From assembly GCA_001797465.1 (NCBI GenBank), contig MGPQ01000005.1, positions 95,032 through 159,031 on the forward strand: a stretch of DNA of 64,000 bases. The letters are read 5' to 3'. The position numbers and the translations under genes are program-made. This document shows, piece by piece, positions 56,797-64,000 of this stretch. The DNA comes from Deltaproteobacteria bacterium GWB2_55_19. Lineage in GTDB: Bacteria > Desulfobacterota > GWC2-55-46. The notes beneath the pieces are model-generated. The model saw nothing but the letters and a program-made list of their open reading frames with translations, searched no databases and was not told where the DNA came from. The first letter of the stretch is position 1; the number at the start of each line of letters is the position of its first letter.

Positions 56797-58041
56797 TTAT
56801 TGCGGCAGGCCGCCTGCCACCCTCTCAAGCGCCGCCAGGGACGATTCAAGCTCGAACAGCGATTGGTAATATTCGACAAAGGTCGACTGATATACTCTCT
56901 GGGTATCAAGGTACTCGAGAAGCCCGGACTCACCGTGCCTGTATGAGAACTCCGCTATCCTTAGCGCCTCCTGAGCCTCGTTCAGGAGCCCCTTGTCAAA
57001 GACCTCTATCTGCTCAATGGCAGTCGTATAGTTCTGGTATTCTTCGGTTATGGACTTTGCCAGTTCCACCTTTGTCCTGTAGACTTCAGCTTCTGCCCTT
57101 GTTTTCCCGGCGGAAGCCGCCGCTATCTCCCCTTTCCTCTGGTACCAGAAAGGGATGGGTACGGACAGGCCGACCCCGTATGAGTCCTTGTCAAACTCTT
57201 TGCTGAAAAAGCCTCTCAGAGTCACATCAGGGAAGACTGATGCTCGCTCCGTTTCGAGCGAATAGCCCTTTGCCTCGGCGTCCTTTTTCGCCTTCAAGAC
57301 AAGCGGGTGCTTCTCCAGAGCGACCGACAAAAGCGCCTGAAGCTCGTACTTCTTTTCAGGCGACCTGAACACCCCCTCCACATCAAAATCGCCTTTAATG
57401 GCATTGCCTAAAAGCCCGTTCAAAACCGCCTTTGAAACGGCGATTGCGTTACCAGCCCTCTTCAATTCCTTGTCCGCCCTGAGCGCCTCAACCTTTGCCT
57501 TTATCAACTCGAACTCAGGCGCCTCCCCTGCCTTTACCTTGAGTTCTACGGTCTTGAGGAGTTCACCGGTTATCCTTGAATTCTCCCCGGCTGTCTCCAG
57601 AATCTTTTTGTCCGCCAAAAGCCTGAAAAAAGCCCTTTTGACCTCAGCGCGTATCTGGAGGCGGAAATCGTCCAGTTCATTTTCAGTGGCTTCAACGGAG
57701 GCCTTCGCGGCCTGTTTTCTGAAATGCCTCTTGGAAGGCCACTCAATCGCCTGGCCGATGCCAAGGGAGTACTCGCCTTTCGATTCCCCTGTCTCGATGG
57801 ATTTGCCTCTGCCCACCTCGAATTCGACTTCAGGGTTGGGATAGGCACCAGCCGAGACGGCCTCTCCCCTGCTCGCCTCGATGTTGGCCCTGAAGACCGC
57901 GGCTGCCGGGTTCGCTTCAGTTGCCATGGAAAGCAGGGCGTCCAGAGTAAAGACTTTCTTTTCCTCAGCGGTCACAAACCCGGGAATTAGAAAAATCATG
58001 AAAAAAAAGACAACAGAAACGGATGGTCTAAATCCTTTCAA
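56797..58041 (-). CDS. TolC-family outer-membrane efflux protein (CusC/CzcC-like)
   Basis: A 414-aa protein with a signal peptide and two OEP repeats. Confidence 0.8.
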   Translation of the reverse strand: MKGFRPSVSVVFFFMIFLIPGFVTAEEKKVFTLDALLSMATEANPAAAVFRANIEASRGEAVSAGAYPNPEVEFEVGRGKSIETGESKGEYSLGIGQAIEWPSKRHFRKQAAKASVEATENELDDFRLQIRAEVKRAFFRLLADKKILETAGENSRITGELLKTVELKVKAGEAPEFELIKAKVEALRADKELKRAGNAIAVSKAVLNGLLGNAIKGDFDVEGVFRSPEKKYELQALLSVALEKHPLVLKAKKDAEAKGYSLETERASVFPDVTLRGFFSKEFDKDSYGVGLSVPIPFWYQRKGEIAAASAGKTRAEAEVYRTKVELAKSITEEYQNYTTAIEQIEVFDKGLLNEAQEALRIAEFSYRHGESGLLEYLDTQRVYQSTFVEYYQSLFELESSLAALERVAGGLPQ

Positions 58042-58174
58042 CGGACAAGCCTCCCTGCGTTTTTTAGATACAGAATTTTCGCCGTAAAAAGATTACGGAA
58101 ATACAACAGGAGATAGAGCATACGGCTTGGCCTTCAGGCCAGGCCTGGCTTATCGCTGTGTATCAGAGTGGGTT

Positions 58175-58537
58175 TTAGATAAGGACTTTGGGTGGCTGAA
58201 AGATGTCTGCAGATATTTTCTTGAGAGATAAATCGGCGGCGGCAAATAAGGATAAGGAGATTGTTTGAACAGAGCTTACTTCAGTGGATGGGGTGTTCGT
58301 GAAGCTCAGGTGGCAGGGGCAATGGCACTCGTCGAGAATGCCTGAAGGGGAATAAGAGCGCTTTCCATCATCAAGGTCAGCAGCTACAAACTGTACACTG
58401 CCCTGTATTCCAGGGACGCTCCGAGGCAAATCTTCTCCAACACAAGCAAGGTCAGTCACCTGCAATGTGAAGACGATCAGGAGGAGAAAACCTATGAATT
58501 TACCGATACGGGTCATTTTTAGAACTGTCCTATACAT
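58175..58537 (-). CDS. small secreted/membrane protein with CHCPCH motif (possible metal-binding accessory)
   Basis: A 120-aa protein with an N-terminal TM. It lies upstream of the RND operon. Confidence 0.3.
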   Translation of the reverse strand: MYRTVLKMTRIGKFIGFLLLIVFTLQVTDLACVGEDLPRSVPGIQGSVQFVAADLDDGKRSYSPSGILDECHCPCHLSFTNTPSTEVSSVQTISLSLFAAADLSLKKISADIFQPPKVLI

Positions 58538-58682
58538 TCCAATATACCTTTTTCTCAGGAGCCGTCAACAAAATTCTTGAATAACCTGTTATTGACAAGA
58601 GCGGCGTTTTATCTGTGAGGACTTGACAAAATTATTGAAAACATGTGATAAATTACAAATGTACTTAAAAAAGCAGTGAGGG

Positions 58683-58734
58683 AAGTAATTGAAGAATGAG
58701 GTTTGGGAAATTGTACTAATTTTGTATTCGAATT
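58683..58734 (+). repeat. direct repeat DR-R (right boundary of the metal-resistance island)
   Basis: GGGAAATTGTACTAATTTTGTATTCGAATTGGCGGCAGTC matches the copy at 46136-46174 at 37 of 39 positions. Confidence 0.6.
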
Positions 58735-58868
58735 GGCGGCAGTCCTAAGACTCCAGAGACTCTAAAGACTACAAAGAATGCCACCAAACCCCCTATTATA
58801 TAAGGCAAAACGGGAAATCAAGCCGAATATCAGGGAGTTGCGTTTTTGGGCTTAATTGCCCTCAAAAT

Positions 58869-58915
<47 letters not shown>

Positions 58916-59091
58916 ATTTTTTCTCTTTAAAGTTAACGAGTTATTCTCAACCCATTTCTTCCCGCGCGGGATTTTTTATGCCGTGCACTTTCCCTGTCAG
59001 GCAACTTGCTCTCACCTATTGCTATTGAGCAGCCTAATTCGAAGCCTTTCTATGTCGTTCTCGAACACAATATTTTTCCTCTCGAAAACTA

Positions 59092-59532
59092 TTAGACCAT
59101 CTTCGCCAAAAACAATACACAAACGCCGAGAACCAGATTAAGCCTTACCAGAGCAAGCGAAAGCTTCTGAAGGGATGCTTTCTTTGCCGGCACTGACTTT
59201 GCTATCTTCGGGGCCAGAAGAAGGCCTCTGTAAAAATGGATAGCTATCATAGTTACGGCCAGCGCCGACTTAAAATAAAATGGCGCACTCATATAAGAGC
59301 CTTTGTGCAGGAACGATAAAAAGACCCCAGTTATGACGAGAAGCAAAATACTGTAATTCGCGAAAGGCGTAAATCTTTTTGAGATCACACCCATGATTTT
59401 ACCTGCTTCTGTTCCCATGACCTCTTTTGAAGCCGGGATAGCTACAAACAGGATAAATATTATCCCGCCTATCCAGAGAACTGCCGAAACAAGATGCAGA
59501 AAAACGATGGAATTCAAAGCAAAATCAAACAT
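59092..59532 (-). CDS. CopD-family-like membrane protein
   Basis: It has 4 TM helices. HLVSAVLWIGG resembles the CopD H..A..W.GG motif. Confidence 0.4.
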   Translation of the reverse strand: MFDFALNSIVFLHLVSAVLWIGGIIFILFVAIPASKEVMGTEAGKIMGVISKRFTPFANYSILLLVITGVFLSFLHKGSYMSAPFYFKSALAVTMIAIHFYRGLLLAPKIAKSVPAKKASLQKLSLALVRLNLVLGVCVLFLAKMV

Positions 59533-59633
59533 AACTCCCTCCTGTTTTTTTTTGGCCGCCCCTGGTGGAAGCAGCCGTCAATTAATTTAAGTATATAAGC
59601 ATACTCTTATATTCAAGGCCCAAAAAAAGACCG

Positions 59634-59933
59634 CTACTTCTTCCCGGCGGCATTCCCGCTTTGACAGCCGCAGGAACATAATCTGTTCAGGCGCTGCCTG
59701 CACATCTCCAGGGCCTCCCTGTCGAGCGAATAATAGACCCAGTAGCCCCTGCGCTCATCGTTTACGAGGCCGGAAGACTTAAGCACCCTGAGGTGCTGCG
59801 AAGCGGCGGACTGAGATATGCCGATGGCCTCGGCAATGGCATTAACGCTCATAGGCTCCTTTTTGAGGAGCTCGATGATGTCGACCCTTCTGTCTACCGA
59901 CAGTATCTTGAATAAGTAGGCTGCGTTTTTCAT
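59634..59933 (-). CDS. ArsR/SmtB-family metalloregulator
   Basis: The HTH IAEAIGISQSAASQHLRVLKSSGLV and C-terminal Cys pairs are present. Confidence 0.7.
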   Translation of the reverse strand: MKNAAYLFKILSVDRRVDIIELLKKEPMSVNAIAEAIGISQSAASQHLRVLKSSGLVNDERRGYWVYYSLDREALEMCRQRLNRLCSCGCQSGNAAGKK

Positions 59934-60111
59934 AAGTATTTAAGCAGCTACTAATATACTCCGACCAGTCCTGCTTGTCAATCGCTGTCTTGACATTTCC
60001 ATGTGAATACATTATTTTATTAATTAAGCAATTCCTTAAATAAGGCATCGGCTTTAGAATCTGTAAAACAATAAGCGCATCATAACGGCTCAACACAATT
60101 AATCAGGACGC

Positions 60112-60444
60112 GTGAGCATGATATCCAAAGAGATCTACGAGATACACGCAAGCATCTGCCAGTGCCTGGCGAACCCAAAGCGCCTCGAGATCATAAATAC
60201 CCTGAGGGAAGACGAGCTGTCGGCAACCGAGATCGCCGAAAAACTTGGCATCTCCAACGCTAACGCATCCCAGCACCTCGCCATAATGCGCAACAAAGGG
60301 ATACTCAAAAGCAGGCGCGAAGGGGTCAGCATCCACTATTCCCTTGCCAACCCCAAGGTCATCACGGCGTGCGACATAATGAGGGAGGTGCTTTTCGAAT
60401 ACCTCAACGAAAAGCAGTCGCTTACAAAAAAGGTGAAGATCTGA
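60112..60444 (+). CDS. ArsR/SmtB-family transcriptional regulator
   Basis: The HTH SATEIAEKLGISNANASQHLAIMRNKGIL is present. Confidence 0.7.
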   Translation: MSMISKEIYEIHASICQCLANPKRLEIINTLREDELSATEIAEKLGISNANASQHLAIMRNKGILKSRREGVSIHYSLANPKVITACDIMREVLFEYLNEKQSLTKKVKI

Positions 60445-61205
60445 TGGCTTTCGGGTCTCGCGCTTTTTCAAGGGAGTTTTTCGACATGTACCATGCCGCG
60501 GTCTTCGAGGCCCTCGGCGAAAACGCAGCCAAATACAATGCCAGGATTGGGGCCATACTCGCCAACGCGTGGCATAAGAGGGTTGAATCGTCAGCAGACC
60601 CGGCGGGATCTAAAAAAGCCAAAGAGTCATACACGGGCGGGCCTTTCAGTTTTTCCGATATCGTGAGGTTCGAATTTACAGATGAAGGCACAGTATACCT
60701 GTACGCCAAAAACTGCGTCAGCTGCATCGATAGCGAACAGCTTTTAATGAAGGAGGTTTTTATGTCTCATGATTTTTCAAAGGAGTTCTTCGCAGCCTAC
60801 CATGCCGCGGTCATTGAGGCCCTCGGCGATGACGCGGCCAGATATAACGCCAAGATAGGGATTATACTTGCCAATGCCTGGCAAAAGAAACTCAGTGAGC
60901 TGCCAGCGGACCCGGCAGAGTTCAAAAAAGCCATTGAAGCCTACATGAGCGGGCCATTCAGGTTCTCCGACATAGCTAAATTTGAATTCAATAATGACGG
61001 CACGGCCTGCCTGTATGTCAAGGGCTGCGACATCTGCAACGGCAATGAACTTTTGCGCAGCAGCGGCAAGAAGGGCTCCTGCCCGATAAGCCAGATGGTC
61101 AAATCCGCAATGGGCAAGGCCTTGAAAACCGGGGTGGAACTTACGGGCAGCGAAAAGCCCGGCCCGGTAGGCGAGTGTTACTTGAAGTACAAGATATCCA
61201 TGTAA
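60444..61205 (+). CDS. protein with two tandem homologous ~125-aa domains each carrying a Cys pair (V4R-like ligand-binding candidate)
   Basis: There is an internal repeat FFDMYHAAVFEALGENAAKYNARIGAILANAW / FFAAYHAAVIEALGDDAARYNAKIGIILANAW. The ATG overlaps the ArsR stop (TGATG). Confidence 0.4.
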   Translation: MAFGSRAFSREFFDMYHAAVFEALGENAAKYNARIGAILANAWHKRVESSADPAGSKKAKESYTGGPFSFSDIVRFEFTDEGTVYLYAKNCVSCIDSEQLLMKEVFMSHDFSKEFFAAYHAAVIEALGDDAARYNAKIGIILANAWQKKLSELPADPAEFKKAIEAYMSGPFRFSDIAKFEFNNDGTACLYVKGCDICNGNELLRSSGKKGSCPISQMVKSAMGKALKTGVELTGSEKPGPVGECYLKYKISM

Positions 61206-61264
61206 GCCTTCCGTAACGCGCTTGATTTAACCTGACCTGAAAGTGAACCGCCTCAGGAGGAGCT

Positions 61265-62518
61265 ATGGCGAATATCGTAATAATAGGCGCATCCACCGGC
61301 GGGCTTCCAGCGGCCTACGAGATGAAGGCCGCTCTCGGCGCTGGCCACAGTGTGACCGTAATCTCGAATACGGATATCTTTCACTTCGTCCCGTCAAACC
61401 CGTGGGTCGCCGTGGGCTGGAGAACGAGGAAGGACATAAGCTTTCCCCTCAGAGAGCCGCTTGAGAAAAAAGGGATTAAACTCATATCCGATGGCGCTGT
61501 TGCCATAGACCCGGTCAAAAAGGACATAAAAACCTCATCCGGCACCGTTGTACCTTACGATTACCTCATTATCGCTACAGGCCCTAAGCTCGCGTTCGAC
61601 GATGTCCCAGGCCTTGGGCCTGAGGGCCACACCATATCTATCTGCACAGTCGACCATGCCGAAAAGGCGTTCGAGCGATATAAAAGGTTTCTCGAAAACC
61701 CGGGCCCGGTTATCATCGGAGCGGCCCAGGGTGCTTCATGTTTCGGCCCGGCGTACGAGTTCGCCTTTATACTCGACGCCGACCTGCGCAAGAGAAAGAT
61801 TCGCAGGAAGGTCCCCATTACCTTCATCACACCGGAACCATACATAGGCCACATGGGGCTTTCCGGCGTCGGAGATTCGAAGGGCCTTCTTGAGCACGAG
61901 CTGAGGGAAAGGCACATAAGCTGGCATACGAATACGAAGATAAAGCATGTCGAAAACGGAAAAATGGCAGTCGAGGCGCTGAACGAAGGCGAACGGGAGC
62001 TTCCTTTCAGTTACTCGATGATAATCCCGTCCTTCAAGGGAGTGGACGCCGTAGCCGCCGTCGAGGGCCTCTGCAACCCCAAAGGCTTTGTTATTGTCGA
62101 TAAATTCCAGCGGTCTCCAAGGTACCCGGACATCTACGCCGTCGGCGTCTGCATAGCGATAGCTCCCCCGGAGGTGACCCAGGTCCCGACGGGCGTACCC
62201 AAAACCGGCTTCATGATAGAAAGCATGGTTACAGCCGTGATCCGGAACATAAAGGCCTCAATCGAGGGCGGACAGGCATCGGCTGTCGCGACATGGAACG
62301 CCATATGCCTCGCGGATATGGGTGACACAGGTGTGGCGTTCGTGGCTATCCCTCAAATGCCGCCAAGGGATGTGACCTGGGCGAAAAAAGGGCGCTGGGT
62401 GCATCTCGCGAAAGTGGGGTTTGAAAAATATTTTCTCAGGAAAATGAAAAAGGGCATAAGCGAGCCTTTTTATGAAAACACTGTCCTCAGTGCCCTGAAG
62501 ATAAAGAAACTCGAATAA
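61265..62518 (+). CDS. FAD-dependent pyridine nucleotide-disulfide oxidoreductase, sulfide:quinone oxidoreductase-like
   Basis: An N-terminal Rossmann motif IVIIGASTGG is present. The length and motif pattern are SQR/NDH-2-like. Confidence 0.6.
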   Translation: MANIVIIGASTGGLPAAYEMKAALGAGHSVTVISNTDIFHFVPSNPWVAVGWRTRKDISFPLREPLEKKGIKLISDGAVAIDPVKKDIKTSSGTVVPYDYLIIATGPKLAFDDVPGLGPEGHTISICTVDHAEKAFERYKRFLENPGPVIIGAAQGASCFGPAYEFAFILDADLRKRKIRRKVPITFITPEPYIGHMGLSGVGDSKGLLEHELRERHISWHTNTKIKHVENGKMAVEALNEGERELPFSYSMIIPSFKGVDAVAAVEGLCNPKGFVIVDKFQRSPRYPDIYAVGVCIAIAPPEVTQVPTGVPKTGFMIESMVTAVIRNIKASIEGGQASAVATWNAICLADMGDTGVAFVAIPQMPPRDVTWAKKGRWVHLAKVGFEKYFLRKMKKGISEPFYENTVLSALKIKKLE

Positions 62519-62521
62519 AGC

Positions 62522-63211
62522 ATGGCAGCATGGGACCCGAAAAAATACGAGGCCTGGTATGAGACCCCGCTCGGGAAGCCCTCCGACAGGCTCGAGCAGG
62601 ACCTTGTCCTTTCTATGGCAGGCGTCAAGGAAGGTGAACAAGTCCTGGACGCTGGCTGCGGCACGGGGAGATATTCCATCGCGCTCGCGAAAGAAGGGGC
62701 CAAGGTAACCGGGCTGGACGCATCACTCGGGATGCTTGAATGGGCAAGGGACAAGGCCGGAAGATCAGGCCTGAAAATAGATTTCATCCAAGCGGATGCA
62801 CTGAAAATCCCGTTCCCGGACGGGCAATTTGACCTCGTGCTTTCTGTCTGCATGCTCTGCTTCATAAGAGACTGGCGGTCCGCGCTCCTTGAGATGAAGA
62901 GGGTCTTGAGGCCGGGCGGCAGGGTTGTCATAGCCCTCCTTAACAGCCGCTCCTCCTGGGCTCTCTTGAGAAGGGCCAAGGGGCTGTTCAGGAAGTCTGT
63001 TTACAACAGCGCGGAATTCTTATCCCCGGCCGCCATAGAGGCTGAACTCAAAAGGGCGGGGTTCAAGGAGATAGAGACGAGGACCTGCCTCTTTTTTCTG
63101 CCCTTAAACTCAAAAACATATCTCTCCTTCTCAGGGGTTCAGGAACGGCTCGGGAGAAGGTTGTTCCCAAAGGCCGGAGCGTTTATTGTTACGGTCGCAA
63201 CAAAGCCGTAA
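62522..63211 (+). CDS. class I SAM-dependent methyltransferase
   Basis: Motif I VLDAGCGTGRYS and motif post-I KVTGLDAS are present. Confidence 0.7.
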   Translation: MAAWDPKKYEAWYETPLGKPSDRLEQDLVLSMAGVKEGEQVLDAGCGTGRYSIALAKEGAKVTGLDASLGMLEWARDKAGRSGLKIDFIQADALKIPFPDGQFDLVLSVCMLCFIRDWRSALLEMKRVLRPGGRVVIALLNSRSSWALLRRAKGLFRKSVYNSAEFLSPAAIEAELKRAGFKEIETRTCLFFLPLNSKTYLSFSGVQERLGRRLFPKAGAFIVTVATKP

Positions 63212-63248
63212 GCCTGAATCAAATAAAATCCATTTATCGAGAGCCGTC

Positions 63249-64000
63249 ATGAAAAAATTTTCCCTCGTAGAATTTTCAGTAAACCACCCGAAGCTCGTCG
63301 TCGTCATAGCGGTGCTGATCACGCTCGGCTTCCTCACGCAATTCCCCAAGATAAAAACTGACACGAACCCCAAAAACATGCTCCCGCCGACCTCTGACGT
63401 AAGGGTCTGGAACGATTCGGTCGATGAGACCTTCGGCCTCTATGAGGATACAATAGCGGTTGGCATAACGAGCGATGAAGGGGTCTTGAACGAGCGCACG
63501 CTCGGCAAGGTCTTGAGGATAACCAACGAGGTCCTCCTCATAGAGGGCGTGGCGGCGAGGGACTTGAACGGGCTGCCGACCATTACGAACGTCACAGCCG
63601 AGGCCGGGACATTAAAGGTCGCCCCTCTCATGGCCGAGCTCCCGAAGAGCGTGGCGGAAATGGAGCGCCTCAAAAAGGACCTTACGGAAAACCCGCTCTT
63701 CACTGGAAGGGTGATATCAGCTGACGGAAAGACGACCGCGATATACATCCCGCTTGAGGAAGGCGCGAACGGCAAGGCCATCGCCGACAGGATAAAAGAG
63801 GTCGTCAAGAAAGAGGGCGGCCCGGAAAGATACTATGTAGCAGGAGACCCGGTTGCGAGAGACACCTTCGGCGCTGAGATGTTCAAGCTCATGGCGATAT
63901 TCGCCCCGATCGCAGGCGCGGTAATGCTCCTTATCAGGTATCTCATGTTCAAGGACCTGTTCCTCTCGGTCACCTTGATGATGGACGCCATGATGAGCAT
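63249..64000 (+). CDS. MMPL/RND-superfamily exporter, N-terminal part (continues beyond window end)
   Basis: The frame is open from the ATG at 63249 to the window end (251 codons). An N-terminal TM is followed by a periplasmic domain, then TM segments begin (MFKLMAIFAPIAGAVMLL). It is not in the ORF table because there is no in-window stop. Confidence 0.55.
   Translation, partial: MKKFSLVEFSVNHPKLVVVIAVLITLGFLTQFPKIKTDTNPKNMLPPTSDVRVWNDSVDETFGLYEDTIAVGITSDEGVLNERTLGKVLRITNEVLLIEGVAARDLNGLPTITNVTAEAGTLKVAPLMAELPKSVAEMERLKKDLTENPLFTGRVISADGKTTAIYIPLEEGANGKAIADRIKEVVKKEGGPERYYVAGDPVARDTFGAEMFKLMAIFAPIAGAVMLLIRYLMFKDLFLSVTLMMDAMMS

Noticed and set aside
58848-58862. GGGCTTAATTGCCC hairpin as an anticodon arm completing a tRNA
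   Set aside because: The loop is 6 nt and no D-arm or 5-prime acceptor strand complementary to CTCCGGC exists upstream, so the locus is only a 3-prime fragment.
63440-63808. 122-aa minus ORF near the window end
   Set aside because: It is antisense to the open plus-strand MMPL/RND-like frame that starts at 63249 with a clear N-terminal TM and periplasmic domain.

Overview
This is a 64-kb bacterial window of about 50% GC with three parts. (1) 1-6.65 kb holds the distal end of a minus-strand F-type (MPF-F) conjugative type IV secretion gene set: OmpA-like, lytic transglycosylase, DsbA-like, pilin-like, TraL, TraE, TraK, TraB and the 5-prime part of TraV. It is followed by a plus-strand cobalamin riboswitch with promoter and terminator driving a CbiM-like membrane protein (6.73-7.83 kb). 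(2) 7.96-45.84 kb is a roughly 38-kb block of about 45 co-oriented minus-strand genes of mobile-element type. It includes a ParB-like protein, ArdC, SbcCD, SSB, the class II B12-dependent RNR NrdJ, a sliding-clamp homologue, a DnaC-like loader with an initiator, a Toprim primase-like protein, an N6A methyltransferase, an SNF2 helicase, a NusG-like KOW protein, a GHKL ATPase, an E2/JAB/E1 ubiquitin-like conjugation operon, and an inserted lower-GC islet with a HigBA-type toxin-antitoxin pair plus HEPN and SAP proteins. No capsid, terminase, tail, integrase or relaxase genes are recognisable. The block is punctuated by nine copies of a conserved intergenic element of about 85 nt (a 45-nt core, a sequence-conserved GCCACAGGAA..CCCGTGGC hairpin and a U-run). 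Each copy sits directly upstream of a transcription unit; the elements are all in the same orientation. (3) 46.1-58.75 kb is a heavy-metal resistance island (atypical P1B ATPase, CusCBA/CzcCBA-type RND efflux, P-II, His-rich DMT transporter, Met-rich c-type cytochrome, SHOCT) flanked by direct repeats of about 50 bp. After it come a tRNA 3-prime-end fragment, a CopD-like protein, two ArsR regulators, an SQR-like flavoprotein, a SAM methyltransferase and the start of an MMPL/RND exporter.
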